Numbered from the stretch's first letter, positions 43,220-54,182 are shown. The stretch: 64,000 nt of DNA from an uncultured Bryobacteraceae bacterium (GCA_937924525.1 CALDSU010000002.1:311069-375068), one strand, 5' to 3'. Numbers and translations are program-made. The notes: generated from the letters alone by a model not told the origin.

Positions 43220-45112
43220 TTACCTTCCAATCTCCACTGTCACCGGCACCACCTGCGCGTTGCCGCCGCGCACCAGCACGGAGATGGCGCCGGAATACGT
43301 GCCGCGCCGCAGGCCGGTGGAATCCACCTCCACCCGGACCGAACCGGGCGTCAGGCCCGTCACCGAGCTCAGCCGCAGCCAGCGTCCCGAAGGAATAGCC
43401 GTAAAGCTGAGATCGTAGTTTACGGGATCCCCCGTGCTCCGCAGTTCAAGCGCTTGGGAAGCGGTCGCTGAGCCTTCTGAAGAAAACCGGAAGGTGAGGG
43501 CATTGGGTATGACGGTCACCAGTGGCCGCAACTGCGCGTCGAGCGAGACCGGAATCCGGACGGTGGCGTCCGGCGCTTCGGGGGACTCCAGCAGGACGAA
43601 GCCGGTGTGACGGCCGCCGCCGGCGGGCGGGCGGACCCGCACGGTCAACCATCCGGGCGCCAGCGCCTGCGCATCCGCATCCAGCCACGCGCCGGGCGGC
43701 GCGGTCCTCACCCGGTAGGACACGGTCTCGTCGCCGTCCACCTCCAGCCGCACCCGGCTTTCCAGCGAGGGGTTGTTCGGCGCGCCCGGCTGATAGAAGA
43801 AATCAAGCTGCGGCGGACGCGGGCGGGCCACGGGCCCCTGGCGGACCAGCAGGACCAACGGAACGCGCCGGACCCAGGGCGAAGCGCCCGAGCGGATGAC
43901 CACGTCCGCGGGGTAGCGGCCAGGGGGCAGCGAGCGCGCAGCCTCTTTCAGCGTGACCGACACCGTACCCGGCGTGACGCCGTGCACGGTCGCGACGGCG
44001 AGCCAGTCGCCGCCGGCCTTGGTTTCCGGGTGCGCCCAGAAGCCCAGCCCCGGCGCGCGGCTCTGGACGGCGATCACCGCCGGCGTGGTGGGGCGTCCGC
44101 CGGGGCGCAACGAAAAGCTCAGCGAGTTCGGCTGCGCCTCCAGCAGCGGATCGCCGCTGAGGCGGAGCGTCACCGGCACCTGGAGGGGAGCGTTCGCCGC
44201 AACGCCGCCCAGCGTTACCCGCCCGCGATAGAACCCCGGCGCCAGGCCCTGCGGATGGATGCTGACGCGCAGTCCAAGCGGGGTGACGCCGGAGAGCGGG
44301 GCGGCCGCCAGCCAGATCTGGTCGCGGGAATAGCCGGCTGCGCTCACGATCACCTCCAGCGGTCTGCCGGCCGAGCGCACCCAGAGCGTCTCCTGGGTGC
44401 GGCAGTCGCTGCCCAGATAGCAATCGAACTCAAGCGCCGCCGGCTCGGTGCGAAACTCGGCCTCGCGGCTGACGGCGAGCCGCACCGGCAATTCCACGTT
44501 GCCCGCGCTGGAGAGCAGGGTAATCGTGCCCCGGTACTCGCCAGGCTGCAAGCGGGCCGCGTTGACGTTCGCCACCAGGGAGGCGGGCGCGAGGCGCGCG
44601 CTGTCACCCGCCGACAGCCAGGCTCCCGCGCTGCGGGCCATCGCCCGGAAGGGAACGGCTTCCCCGCTGGTGGTGGTGACGGAAATCTCTCTGGTCCCCG
44701 TAAGGCCGCCCGGGCTCCAGCGCAGGTTCAGCGAAGCGGGTTCCACCACCAGCCGGGTCTCGTTCGTAATTTCCAGCGTGACGTCGAGCGGCGACGCCTG
44801 GCGTCCTTCGGCGGCGATCCACAGGCGCGCGGTATATGTCCCGGGTTCGAGCCCGTCGGGACTGGCGCCGAAATTCAGGGTGGCGGGAGTATCCGGCGTA
44901 TCGACACTCACGTTCAGCCAGGATGGCGCGTCGCTGACCAGGACGGGCAGACTCTCGTCGCCCGTTTCGACCGTCACGGCTTTGGTGGGCGGGGAGGGGC
45001 CTCCAGGTTTCGTGAAGAAGCGCAAGCGGTCGGCGCTGAGCGTCACACCGGCAGCCTGCGCGGCGGCCGCGCCCAGCCAACTCCACGCCGCGATCAACCA
45101 CCAGCGCCGCAA
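43220..45112 (-). CDS. secreted protein made of six ~100-aa Ig-like/BACON-like repeats
   Basis: 630 aa with signal peptide MRRWWLIAAWSWLGAAAAQA. Six tandem units each contain a WL...(S/A)...G, then PG.Y.G/A.(I/V) pattern (e.g. LEPGTYTARLWI, LQPGEYRGTITL, LAPGFYRGRVTL, LPPGRYPADVVI, LRRGTYSGAISV). Confidence 0.75.
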   Translation of the reverse strand: MRRWWLIAAWSWLGAAAAQAAGVTLSADRLRFFTKPGGPSPPTKAVTVETGDESLPVLVSDAPSWLNVSVDTPDTPATLNFGASPDGLEPGTYTARLWIAAEGRQASPLDVTLEITNETRLVVEPASLNLRWSPGGLTGTREISVTTTSGEAVPFRAMARSAGAWLSAGDSARLAPASLVANVNAARLQPGEYRGTITLLSSAGNVELPVRLAVSREAEFRTEPAALEFDCYLGSDCRTQETLWVRSAGRPLEVIVSAAGYSRDQIWLAAAPLSGVTPLGLRVSIHPQGLAPGFYRGRVTLGGVAANAPLQVPVTLRLSGDPLLEAQPNSLSFSLRPGGRPTTPAVIAVQSRAPGLGFWAHPETKAGGDWLAVATVHGVTPGTVSVTLKEAARSLPPGRYPADVVIRSGASPWVRRVPLVLLVRQGPVARPRPPQLDFFYQPGAPNNPSLESRVRLEVDGDETVSYRVRTAPPGAWLDADAQALAPGWLTVRVRPPAGGGRHTGFVLLESPEAPDATVRIPVSLDAQLRPLVTVIPNALTFRFSSEGSATASQALELRSTGDPVNYDLSFTAIPSGRWLRLSSVTGLTPGSVRVEVDSTGLRRGTYSGAISVLVRGGNAQVVPVTVEIGR

Positions 45113-45146
45113 CCGCGCCTCCCGCTCTCAGGATGCCATGAAGTCC

Positions 45147-46979
45147 TCACCGGTCCCACGGCGGCAGCAGCGTGGGGGGGTGAGCGTAGCGTTTCATCCG
45201 GAAGACCAGTTGCGCTCCGGAGCCGGGCGCGAGATGGATCGTGAGCGCGCGGGCCGCCAACGGGGTCGTCCTGCCGTTCCAGGCGACGGAGGCGAATTCG
45301 TGTTCGGCGTACCCGCCGGCTTGGACCACCACCGAGCGCTCCGCCGCCTGATTGACGTTCACCAGCGTGACCGTGGCCTCGCCCGCGCCGAGTTTTTCCA
45401 CCAGGGCCGCCACGTCCGCCGGGAGCCCGGCCCGGCGGCGCGCGGGATCGAAATACCGGAAGCGGGCGTGCAGCGACCAGATGTTGCCGTTCAGGTAGGC
45501 GCCCATCGTCAACTGGGTCAGCGCCGTGATCGCAGCCGGGTTGAAGCCCATCAGATAGTCGGCCAGGCGCGTGTCCGGCGTGGTGACGTCGCGCCGCATT
45601 TCCTCAACGCGGGAGCGCACGAACTCCAGGTCGCGCCGCAAGGCCTGCTCGGGATATCCCGGTTCGGCTCCTTCCAGCCAGCCGATAAATCCTTTCCGCG
45701 GCAGCCGCTCCAGATCCTTGCGATCCATGGACCAGAGATAGATCTCCGCCAGACGGTCCTGGTGCAGGTTGGGCGTATAGTGATACCACTCTTCCCGTCC
45801 GCTTTCCTTGTGACCGCGCGGGTCCCCGTACATTTGCGGCAGCATTTCCTTGCCGTCGATCACCTTCTTCTGCGCATAAATGTTGTCCATCTGCCGGCGC
45901 AGGACGGCGATGTAGGAAGGGTCGCCGGTCATCAGGTAGGCGTTGGCGAATCCCGGCCAGCTGCCCGCCATCACGGTGTTGCGGTGCGCGATCTGCTCGA
46001 TCTCGCCGTCGTAGATCGTGAAGTTCCAGCCGTAGGTGCCCTTATACCATCGCCCGCCGTACTCGCCGCCCGGCTTTCCGTCGAGGCCGATGTTGGAAGG
46101 GATGTTGCCGCCCGTCAGCGCGATCCGTTCTTTCCAGGCGTCCGCGTATTCTTTCACCCAGCTGCGGTATTTCTCCTGGCCGGTCAGCGCAAAGGCATTC
46201 AGGGCCAGGGAAGTGGAGGCGAGATTGAGCGGATGGTCGCCGACGCTGTCGAGATAGTCGGCGCAATGGGCCAGCATCTTGTCATAGACCTTCATCAGGT
46301 CCAGCATCTTGCCGCGCCCCTCCGGCGAGTGGAGCAGGTGGAAGGTGCCCGGCACGGGATCGCCCACCCAATCGTAGGTGGTCGCCTTGCGGAGCATGGG
46401 CCCCCGCGAGCCGGTCCAGATGCTCTTGATCAGCTTCTTTTCCGGATCGTAGTTGGGCGCTTCGGGGTCTTCGTTCATGTACATGCCGGCGAAGGTGGTC
46501 ATGCGGGCGACCAGCTTTTCGTCGTAAGGCGCCGAGAGCCCTTGAAACAGAATCCCCCGCATGCCCTCGCCGGTGTGGAACCAATCCGACTGCGTGATGA
46601 AATCCTTGTGATACGCGCCATGCTCGGCCAGTTTGGTGAGCGTGGTGCGGAGCTCTTTGTATTGCAGATAATGGCCATCCAGCGCGCGCTGGAAGTGATC
46701 CAGCAGCACGTCGCCGCCCCCCAGGGCGTGCAGCATCGTCCAGTTGTAGAACGTCTCGATCGCGTCGTCGGGGCCGTCCAAGGTGCCCCAGCGCGGCGTA
46801 TGCAGCAGGTAACCGCGGCGGTCGAGATACTTCCGCGCAAAGCGGTCGCAGGCTTCCGAACTGGACTGGAGCAATTGCCGTTCGAGCAATGCCCAGGCGG
46901 GGGAAGGCATGGGCTGGCGGATCCGGATGGTTTGTCCGGACAGCGCCCCCGCCGCCAACAACCACGGCAGCCATCTCAT
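45147..46979 (-). CDS. secreted protein of unknown function
   Basis: 610 aa. Signal peptide MRWLPWLLAAGALSGQ. A strong AAGGAG Shine-Dalgarno lies 8 nt upstream of the ATG. Helical, aromatic-rich. No family recognised. Confidence 0.7.
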   Translation of the reverse strand: MRWLPWLLAAGALSGQTIRIRQPMPSPAWALLERQLLQSSSEACDRFARKYLDRRGYLLHTPRWGTLDGPDDAIETFYNWTMLHALGGGDVLLDHFQRALDGHYLQYKELRTTLTKLAEHGAYHKDFITQSDWFHTGEGMRGILFQGLSAPYDEKLVARMTTFAGMYMNEDPEAPNYDPEKKLIKSIWTGSRGPMLRKATTYDWVGDPVPGTFHLLHSPEGRGKMLDLMKVYDKMLAHCADYLDSVGDHPLNLASTSLALNAFALTGQEKYRSWVKEYADAWKERIALTGGNIPSNIGLDGKPGGEYGGRWYKGTYGWNFTIYDGEIEQIAHRNTVMAGSWPGFANAYLMTGDPSYIAVLRRQMDNIYAQKKVIDGKEMLPQMYGDPRGHKESGREEWYHYTPNLHQDRLAEIYLWSMDRKDLERLPRKGFIGWLEGAEPGYPEQALRRDLEFVRSRVEEMRRDVTTPDTRLADYLMGFNPAAITALTQLTMGAYLNGNIWSLHARFRYFDPARRRAGLPADVAALVEKLGAGEATVTLVNVNQAAERSVVVQAGGYAEHEFASVAWNGRTTPLAARALTIHLAPGSGAQLVFRMKRYAHPPTLLPPWDR

Positions 46980-47035
46980 CGGTCCGATCTCCTTGGGAGC
47001 ATATGTGCTCGACGATCATACTACGCGGGGCGTGT

Positions 47036-47063
47036 CGAGAATATCGCGCCAGGGCGCTGGCGC
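47036..47063 (-). terminator. candidate intrinsic terminator after the CoA-transferase gene
   Basis: Minus strand reads GCGCCAG-CGCC-CTGGCGC (7-bp GC stem, 47063-47046) followed by GAUAUUCUC. It lies 20 nt past the stop at 47083. The U-tract is weak. Confidence 0.3.
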
Positions 47064-47082
47064 CGTTCGCCACGCGGCAGGC

Positions 47083-48570
47083 TCACCACTTCACGCCGCG
47101 CATGTCGCCAGTTTCCATGAACTGCAAGTGCATCTTGAAAGCGGCGCCGAGGTGATGGGGGGTGTGCTGCCCCTTCGTCAACCGCAGGTAGTCGCGCAGC
47201 GACTCGCGGAAATCGGGGTGCGCGCAGCGGTTGATCAGTTGTTCGGCCCGTTCCACCGGCGACAGGCCCCGCAGGTCCGCCACGCCCCACTCGGTCGCCA
47301 CCACCTGCACCGAATGCTCGCTGTGATCCATGTGGCTGACCAGCGGCACAATCGTCGAGATCTTGCCTCCTTTCTGGGTCGAGGGACAACTGAACAGCGA
47401 CAGGTAGGCGTTCCGCGTGAAGTCCCCGGAACCGCCGATCCCGTTCATCATCTGGCGGCCCATGATGTGCGTCGAGTTCACGTTGCCGAAGACATCGACC
47501 TCAATGGCCGTATTCATCGAGATAATGCCAAGGCGCCGGACAACTTCCGGATGATTGGTAATTTCCTGCGGGCGGAGGATCAGCCGCGGGCGGAACCACT
47601 CGAGCTGCGCCGTCACCTCGCGGATCATCTCGGCGCTCAGCGTCAGCGAGCAGGTAGAGGCGAAGGTGACGCGCCCGCGTTGCAGCAGCGGGATCACCGA
47701 GTCCTGCAACACCTCGGTGTACATTTGAAAGTTCGGGATGCCGGGATGCGCGCCAAGCGCCCCCAGGACGGAATTGGCGATGTCGCCCACGCCGGACTGG
47801 ATGGGCAGGAACGTCTTGGGAATCCTGCCGGCCTTGATCTCGGAGGCGAGAAACTCCGCGATATGCATGCCGATGCGGCGCGTAACGTCGGTAGGCGGAG
47901 CGAAGCCGACGGTTTCGTCGTCCAGGTCGGTCTCCACGATCCCGGCGATTTTCTCGGGAACCACCGTGCAGAGCGGACTGCCTACGCGGTCCACCGGGGA
48001 ATAAATGGGCACGTCGCTGCGATGCGGCGGGTCCACCGGCTGGTAGATGTCGTGCATGCCCAGCCAGGAAGGCGACTGCCGGCGGTTCACCTCGACCAGC
48101 ACCTTTCCGGCCTTTTGCAGGAACGTGGGCGCGGCGCCGACGGCGGTAGTCAGCACGATGCCGCCGCCCGCGGTGACGTCGGAGGCCTCGACCACGGCCC
48201 AATGAATGGGACCGAGGAAGCCGTAGCGAATCATCTGCGGCATCACCGAAAGGTGCATGTCGAAGAACTTCGTTTCGCCCGCATTGATTTGGGCGCGGAG
48301 CGTGGGGTCGGACTGATAGGGCGCGCGGAACGCAATGGCCTTGGCGCGGGCCAGGGCGCCGTCGAGAGAATCGCCCGTGGAGGCGCCGGTCAGCACGCCG
48401 ATCCGGAACGGGCGTCCGGCGGCGTGCTCGGCCTCCGCCTGGGCGGCGATGGCCATCGGAATGGCCTTGGGACAACCAGCCGGGGTGAAACCGCTGAATC
48501 CGACGGTCTGGCCGTTCTCGATCATGGCGGCGGCCTCGGCGGCGGAGAGAATCGGAAACGGAAGAGGCAT
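47083..48570 (-). CDS. acetyl-CoA hydrolase/transferase family enzyme, succinate:propionyl-CoA (ScpC/Cat1-like) CoA-transferase
   Basis: 495 aa. FSGFTPAGCPKAIP, TEVLQDS and MNTAIEVDVFGNVNSTHIMGRQMMNGIGGSGDFTRNA are typical of this family. Last gene of the mutase operon. Confidence 0.85.
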   Translation of the reverse strand: MPLPFPILSAAEAAAMIENGQTVGFSGFTPAGCPKAIPMAIAAQAEAEHAAGRPFRIGVLTGASTGDSLDGALARAKAIAFRAPYQSDPTLRAQINAGETKFFDMHLSVMPQMIRYGFLGPIHWAVVEASDVTAGGGIVLTTAVGAAPTFLQKAGKVLVEVNRRQSPSWLGMHDIYQPVDPPHRSDVPIYSPVDRVGSPLCTVVPEKIAGIVETDLDDETVGFAPPTDVTRRIGMHIAEFLASEIKAGRIPKTFLPIQSGVGDIANSVLGALGAHPGIPNFQMYTEVLQDSVIPLLQRGRVTFASTCSLTLSAEMIREVTAQLEWFRPRLILRPQEITNHPEVVRRLGIISMNTAIEVDVFGNVNSTHIMGRQMMNGIGGSGDFTRNAYLSLFSCPSTQKGGKISTIVPLVSHMDHSEHSVQVVATEWGVADLRGLSPVERAEQLINRCAHPDFRESLRDYLRLTKGQHTPHHLGAAFKMHLQFMETGDMRGVKW

Positions 48571-48575
48571 GAGGG

Positions 48576-49667
48576 CTAACCCTTTCTCTGGGAGCGGTAA
48601 AGATCCAATACTTCGCGCGCGGCTCGAAACGGGCTGAGCCGGCCGCTATCGACCGCGCCTTCGAGCGCGGGCAGATGCCGCTGCACCTCCGGGTTGCGCT
48701 GGAAGTCCTCGCGCAAGCCGTGCTCGATGGCTTCGTTCAACCAGCGCCGGAGTTGCGCCCGGCGCCGCGCGTCAAAGTAGCCATTGCCGCGCGTGAACGC
48801 GTGGTGTTCGCGCACCATTTCCCAAACAGACGCGATGCCCTGGCGGGTCATCGCCGAGCAGGTCACCACGCGCGGCGTCCAACCGGAGGCGGCGGGCGGA
48901 AACAGGTGCAGCGCGCTGGCGAATTGCCGGCGCGTCTGCTCGGCGCGCAGGGGGTCCATGTCCGCCTTGTTGATGGCGATCGCGTCGGTCATCTCGATGA
49001 TGCCGCGCTTAATGCCCTGGAGCTCGTCGCCGGCGCCCGCCAGCATCAGGAGCAGAAAAAAATCGACCATCGCGTAGACCGCCGTTTCCGACTGCCCGAC
49101 GCCCACCGTCTCGACGAGGATGTTGCCGAACCCGGCGGCTTCGCACAACAGCATGGTCTCGCGCGTGCGCCGCGCCACCCCGCCGAGCGAGCCCCTCGCC
49201 GGGGAGGGCCGGATGAAGGCGCGGTCGTCGGCCGCCAACTGTTCCATCCGGGTTTTGTCACCGAGGATGCTGCCGCCGGAGAACTCGCTGGAGGGGTCCA
49301 CGGCCAGCACCGCCACCCGCTCGCCGCGGTCGCGGGTCAGGTGCGTGCCCAGCGCCTCAATAAAGGTGCTCTTGCCCGCGCCGGGCGCCCCGGTGATTCC
49401 CACGCGCAGCGTCTGGCCGGCGTGGGGCAGACAGCGCTCGAGAATCTCTTGCGCCAGTTCTTCGTCGCGCGGCCGGGTGCTTTCGATCAGCGTGATGGCG
49501 CGCCCCAGAATGGCCCGGTCGCCGCGGAGAATCCCGTCCACGTATTCGTCCGGCGTGAGCGCGGGCCGGCGCCGCCGCTGGTATAGCGCCGCCTGGTGCG
49601 GATCGACCGAGCCCGGGGAGTCCACCGGGGGAACCACCAACAACGTATCGGGTCGATCCTCGCTCAA
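48576..49667 (-). CDS. meaB: methylmalonyl-CoA mutase-associated G-protein chaperone (MeaB/ArgK)
   Basis: 363 aa. P-loop GITGAPGAGKSTFIEALG, VETVGVGQSE and NKADM motifs. It follows the mutase large subunit after a 3-nt gap. Confidence 0.85.
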   Translation of the reverse strand: MSEDRPDTLLVVPPVDSPGSVDPHQAALYQRRRRPALTPDEYVDGILRGDRAILGRAITLIESTRPRDEELAQEILERCLPHAGQTLRVGITGAPGAGKSTFIEALGTHLTRDRGERVAVLAVDPSSEFSGGSILGDKTRMEQLAADDRAFIRPSPARGSLGGVARRTRETMLLCEAAGFGNILVETVGVGQSETAVYAMVDFFLLLMLAGAGDELQGIKRGIIEMTDAIAINKADMDPLRAEQTRRQFASALHLFPPAASGWTPRVVTCSAMTRQGIASVWEMVREHHAFTRGNGYFDARRRAQLRRWLNEAIEHGLREDFQRNPEVQRHLPALEGAVDSGRLSPFRAAREVLDLYRSQRKG

Positions 49668-49670
49668 GCG

Positions 49671-51827
49671 TCAGGGCCTCTCCGGCACGGTTTGGCGCAA
49701 TAAAATGCCCAAGATCTGCTGCGCCGCTTTCGAGATGACCGTGCCCGGCCCGAAGACGCCCACCACTCCGGCTTGATACAGGTGATGGTAATCCTGCGGC
49801 GGAATCACGCCACCCACCACCACCATGATGTCCTCCCGCCCCAGCGATTTCAACCCGGCGATGACCTGGGGCACCAGGGTCTTATGCCCGCCCGCCAGCG
49901 TCGAGATGCCGAGCACGTGCACATCGTTCTCGACGGCGTGCCGGGCCACCTCGCGCGGCGTTTGAAACAGCGGGCCGATGTCGACGTCGAAACCCACGTC
50001 GGCAAAGGCCGTAGCGATTACCTTCGCGCCGCGGTCGTGGCCGTCCTGCCCCATCTTGGCGACCAGGATACGCGGCCGGCGTCCCTCCAACCGCGCGAAC
50101 TCGTCGGCCATCCGGCGGGCAGCCTCGAATTCCGGGTCCTGGCGGCTCTCGGAGGAGTAGACGCCCGCGATCGAACGAATCGGCGCCTGGTAGCGCCCAA
50201 ATACTTTTTCGAGCGCCAGGGAGATCTCGCCGAGCGTCGCCCGGCGACGGGCCGCTTCCACCGCCAACTCCAGCAGGTTCCCCTCTCCGTTCTCCGCGCA
50301 GCGGGTCAGGGCCGCCAGCGCTCTGTCCACCGCCGCGGCGTCGCGGCTGGCCTTCAGCTGCTGGAGGCGCTGGAGTTGCACCTGGCGGACCGCGCTGTTG
50401 TCCACCTCCAGCACTTCGAGCGGCGGCTCCTTGAGCAACCGGTAGGCGTTCACGCCCACGATGACCTCTTTGCCCGCGTCGATCCGCGCCTGCTTGCGGG
50501 CGGCGGCTTCCTCGATGCGCAGTTTCGGCAAACCGGCCTCAATCGCCTTCACCATCCCGCCCATCTGCTCCACCTCCTGGATCAGCTCCCAGGCCCGATG
50601 CATCAGTTGGTGCGTGAGCATCTCCACGTAATAAGAGCCGCCCCACGGGTCGACCACGTGGGTAATGCCGGTTTCTTCCTGAAGGTAGATCTGCGTGTTC
50701 CGCGCGATCCGCGCCGAGAAATCCGTCGGCAGCGCGATGGCTTCGTCGAGCGCGTTGGTGTGCAGCGACTGGGTGTGCCCCATGGCGGCGGCCAGCGCTT
50801 CCACGCAGGTGCGCACGATGTTGTTGAAGGGATCCTGCGCCGTCAGGCTCCAGCCGGACGTCTGCGAATGGGTGCGCAGCGCCATCGACTTCGGATTGCG
50901 CGGCTCAAACTGTCTCACCAGTTTGGCCCACAGCGCCCGGCCCGCCCGCATCTTGGCAATCTCCATGAAGTGGTTCATGCCGATATCCCAGAAAAACGAG
51001 ATGCGCGGCGCGAAGCTGTCCACGGCGAGGCCGGCCCGAATTCCCGTGCGCAAGTACTCCAGTCCATCCGCCAGCGTGTAGGCGAGCTCGAGGTCCGCTG
51101 TCGCTCCCGCCTCCTGCATGTGGTAGCCGCTGACGCTGATGCAATTGAATTTGGGCATCCGCTCGGCGCAGTAGCGGAAGATGTCGCCGATGATCCGCAT
51201 CGAGGGCGCCGGAGGATAAATGTAGGTATTGCGGACCATGAACTCCTTCAGAATGTCGTTCTGAATCGTGCCGGTGAGTTGGTCGGGGCCTACGCCCTGT
51301 TCCTCGGCGGCGACAATGTAGAACGCCATGATCGGGAGCACCGCGCCGTTCATCGTCATCGACACGGACATCTGATCGAGCGGAATCTGGTCGAACAGAA
51401 TTTTCATGTCGACGATCGAGTCGATGGCCACGCCGGCCTTGCCGACGTCGCCCACGACGCGCTCATGATCGGAGTCGTACCCGCGATGGGTCGCCAGGTC
51501 GAAGGCGACGGAGAGCCCCTTCTGGCCCGCCGCCAGGTTTCGGCGGTAGAACGCGTTGGACTCCTCGGCGGTCGAGTAGCCGGCGTACTGGCGGATGGTC
51601 CACGGCTGCATCGCGTACATGGTCGAGTACGGCCCGCGGAGAAAAGGCGGCAGTCCGGCAGCCCACTCCAGATGCTCCATGCCCTCCAATTCCTCCCGGG
51701 TGAGCACGCTGGGAACTTCGATGTGCTCGGGCGTCAGCCAGCGCGTAACGGCCGGGGCCGACGCGGCCGCTGGCCGCGACGCGGGCCGGTAACCGATCGC
51801 GGAAAAATCAGGACGTTTGGCGCTCAT
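49671..51827 (-). CDS. mutB: methylmalonyl-CoA mutase large (alpha, catalytic) subunit
   Basis: 718 aa. TIM-barrel substrate domain ([30 protein letters not shown]) and a C-terminal B12-binding domain with [13 protein letters not shown] (DxHxxG). Confidence 0.9.
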   Translation of the reverse strand: MSAKRPDFSAIGYRPASRPAAASAPAVTRWLTPEHIEVPSVLTREELEGMEHLEWAAGLPPFLRGPYSTMYAMQPWTIRQYAGYSTAEESNAFYRRNLAAGQKGLSVAFDLATHRGYDSDHERVVGDVGKAGVAIDSIVDMKILFDQIPLDQMSVSMTMNGAVLPIMAFYIVAAEEQGVGPDQLTGTIQNDILKEFMVRNTYIYPPAPSMRIIGDIFRYCAERMPKFNCISVSGYHMQEAGATADLELAYTLADGLEYLRTGIRAGLAVDSFAPRISFFWDIGMNHFMEIAKMRAGRALWAKLVRQFEPRNPKSMALRTHSQTSGWSLTAQDPFNNIVRTCVEALAAAMGHTQSLHTNALDEAIALPTDFSARIARNTQIYLQEETGITHVVDPWGGSYYVEMLTHQLMHRAWELIQEVEQMGGMVKAIEAGLPKLRIEEAAARKQARIDAGKEVIVGVNAYRLLKEPPLEVLEVDNSAVRQVQLQRLQQLKASRDAAAVDRALAALTRCAENGEGNLLELAVEAARRRATLGEISLALEKVFGRYQAPIRSIAGVYSSESRQDPEFEAARRMADEFARLEGRRPRILVAKMGQDGHDRGAKVIATAFADVGFDVDIGPLFQTPREVARHAVENDVHVLGISTLAGGHKTLVPQVIAGLKSLGREDIMVVVGGVIPPQDYHHLYQAGVVGVFGPGTVISKAAQQILGILLRQTVPERP

Positions 51828-53656
51828 GCCCGCACCCCTAGACGCTCCTGCCAGCCGGCAAGGAACTCCAGCGCATGGCTGCGCAGATGAATGAAGTCCA
51901 CCACGCCGCTGGCGCGCAGCCCGTCCACACTATCTTTCGGGAAACCGGCGACCAGCACGGGCAGGGTGGTTGCCGGGCAAACCTGTGCGGCCAGCGCCGG
52001 ATACTCGGGGTCGGAACTGCACAGCACAATCGCGTCTGCCTCCGCCGCCTGCGCGGCGGCCAGCGCGGCCTCGACCGTCTCCACCGGACCGCTCTCGACG
52101 GTCTGAAAACCGGCGCACCCGAGGAAATTCGCCACAAACCCGGAGCGGGCCTTGCGCATTTTGACGTCTCCTATTTCGAGCAGGAAGAAACAAGGCGTCT
52201 TGCCCCCCGCCGCCGCGTGGCGCTCGGTGCGCAGCCGCAGTTGTTCGAACGGCGTCGCGCCTCGCCAGGGCGAGAGGGGCTCGACGCGCAGCGCCGCCTC
52301 CGCGGCGGGCGGGGGCGTCTCCGCAGGCTCCTGGATCTGCCCCAGCATGCGCTCCCCCGGATTCGGGTACTGGTTGGTTCCCACCAGTACCCGCCGCCTG
52401 GCGGCGACCGCCGCACGCTTGGCCTCCGCCGCCCGGCCCACCTGCTGCTGGATCCACCCCGCCTCGAGCGCGGCGAGGAAGCCGCCCGCCGCCTCCACCT
52501 GCTGGAACACCCCCCACGCTTCGCGGGCGATCGCGTCCGTCAGCACCTCCAGAAAATAAGACCCGGCCGCCGGGTCGACGTGGCGATCCAGATAGGCCTC
52601 GTCGCGGAGAATGATCTGGGTATTGCGCGCCAGGCGCTCGCTGAATTCATCCGGCGTCTGGTAGACGGCGTTGAACGGCGTCACCGCGAGCGAGTCGCAG
52701 CCGCCGATCACCGCCGACATGGCCTGCGTGGTCGCGCGCAGCACGTTGACATACGGGTCGTAGATGGTCTTGTCCCACCGCATGGTCGAGCATGCCACCA
52801 CCGCCCGGCACGATTCCTCGGCCACCGGGCCGAACGCGGAGACCATCTGCGCGTACAACATGCGGGCGGCGCGCAGTTTGGCGATCTCGAAGAAGTAATT
52901 GGCGCCCACCGCGAAGTGCAGGGTAAGCGCGGCCGCCGCCGCGTCGGCCGTCACTCCGCGCGCCGTGATTTCCGCCAGATAGTCGGCGGCATGCGCCAAA
53001 CCCACGCCGAGTTCCTGCACCACCGTGCCGCCCGCCTCCGCGACGAGTCCCGCGCGCACCGCGAGGGGCCGGAAGCCCGCCGGCGCCTGCCGCACACACG
53101 CCGCAGCCTGGTCGAAGAGGGCCTCGCGCCCCAGCGTGGAGAAACCCGTCCGCGCCAGCTCTCCCAACGGATCGAAATCCGCCGAGCCCCGCGCCGGCAG
53201 TTGGCATTCCGCCAGCAGCGCGAGCAGATGCGGAGTGTGCGCGCCGCAGCGGAAGTGGATGGCCGCCGTCTCCAGCGGGAGGTCCGCCAGCAGAGTCCGC
53301 AGTTCCCGAGCGTCGGCGGGAACCGCCGCGAACGCCACTTCGGTGGCGCCGGCCCGCACGCTGTCCTGCGCGCGACGGTTGGCGTCAGCCGGCGTCGCGG
53401 CGAGAATGTCCTGCCGGATCGCCCATAGGTTACGATCGGCGCGCGCGCCCCGCAGATACGGATACGCGCCGGGCGGCGTTTCCCGCAAATATTCCAGTCC
53501 GGCGAGATGCTCCTGCCGATAGTAGGGACGGACGTCGATGCCTTCTTCAGTCTTCCAGATCAGCTTCTGGTCGTAGTCCGCGCCCTTCAGGTCCCGGCGG
53601 ATCGCCTCTTCCCACTCGGTCGTGGCGACCGGCGGGAACTCTGCAAACAGTTTCAT
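51824..53656 (-). CDS. mutA: methylmalonyl-CoA mutase small (beta) subunit
   Basis: 610 aa, mutase-like fold without the DxHxxG histidine loop. A 4-nt overlap joins it to the large-subunit start. Confidence 0.85.
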   Translation of the reverse strand: MKLFAEFPPVATTEWEEAIRRDLKGADYDQKLIWKTEEGIDVRPYYRQEHLAGLEYLRETPPGAYPYLRGARADRNLWAIRQDILAATPADANRRAQDSVRAGATEVAFAAVPADARELRTLLADLPLETAAIHFRCGAHTPHLLALLAECQLPARGSADFDPLGELARTGFSTLGREALFDQAAACVRQAPAGFRPLAVRAGLVAEAGGTVVQELGVGLAHAADYLAEITARGVTADAAAAALTLHFAVGANYFFEIAKLRAARMLYAQMVSAFGPVAEESCRAVVACSTMRWDKTIYDPYVNVLRATTQAMSAVIGGCDSLAVTPFNAVYQTPDEFSERLARNTQIILRDEAYLDRHVDPAAGSYFLEVLTDAIAREAWGVFQQVEAAGGFLAALEAGWIQQQVGRAAEAKRAAVAARRRVLVGTNQYPNPGERMLGQIQEPAETPPPAAEAALRVEPLSPWRGATPFEQLRLRTERHAAAGGKTPCFFLLEIGDVKMRKARSGFVANFLGCAGFQTVESGPVETVEAALAAAQAAEADAIVLCSSDPEYPALAAQVCPATTLPVLVAGFPKDSVDGLRASGVVDFIHLRSHALEFLAGWQERLGVRA

Positions 53657-53666
53657 AGCTTCGGCC

Positions 53667-54149
53667 TCACGCCGCGGCGCGCGAGTCCTGGACGACCTCG
53701 ATCAGGTAGCCGAACGGATTCTCCGCCCGCGACTTGGGATGCATAAAGAACACCGTGGTGCCGCGCGATCCCGGACGCGGCGCCGCGTCGATCAGTTGAA
53801 AGCCATGGCGTTTGAGATAGTCAAACGCGGCGTGAATGTCGCGCACGCGAAAGGCCACATGCGCGAAGCCGCCCCGGCCGCCGTTGCGGTCGATCAGCTT
53901 CTGCACCGGAGAGTCGGGACTGAGCGGTTCGAGCAATTGAATCAGGTTCGGCCCGCCGCCAATCTGGAGGAGCGCCTCGCGCACCTGATCCGTGCCGAGC
54001 ACCTCTTCGCGATGGATCTCGCGGAATCCCAATAGTTCATAGTTGGCCACCTGGGCGTCCAACTCGCCCGGCTTGACGGCGATGGCAATGTGATCGACGA
54101 ACAAAAAGCCGGGGATTTCCAGCAGTTCTTCTTTCCAAAGATTCGACAC
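53667..54149 (-). CDS. mce: methylmalonyl-CoA epimerase (VOC/glyoxalase fold)
   Basis: 160 aa. VDHIAIAV...HVAFRV...GFQLID...FMHPK pattern of paired beta-alpha-beta-beta-beta modules. It sits between the transcarboxylase and mutase genes. Confidence 0.8.
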   Translation of the reverse strand: MSNLWKEELLEIPGFLFVDHIAIAVKPGELDAQVANYELLGFREIHREEVLGTDQVREALLQIGGGPNLIQLLEPLSPDSPVQKLIDRNGGRGGFAHVAFRVRDIHAAFDYLKRHGFQLIDAAPRPGSRGTTVFFMHPKSRAENPFGYLIEVVQDSRAAA

Positions 54150-54182
54150 GAGCTATCCTCTGGTCAGGCTTGCCGCCTCGCC

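Noticed and set aside
44448-47120. 890-aa plus-strand ORF antisense to the repeat protein and the 610-aa secreted protein
   Set aside because: Shadow ORF of a high-GC region. The minus-strand genes have signal peptides, an RBS and repeat structure. The same reasoning applies to 13710-15959, 39358-41604, 54090-56423 and 59640-61667.
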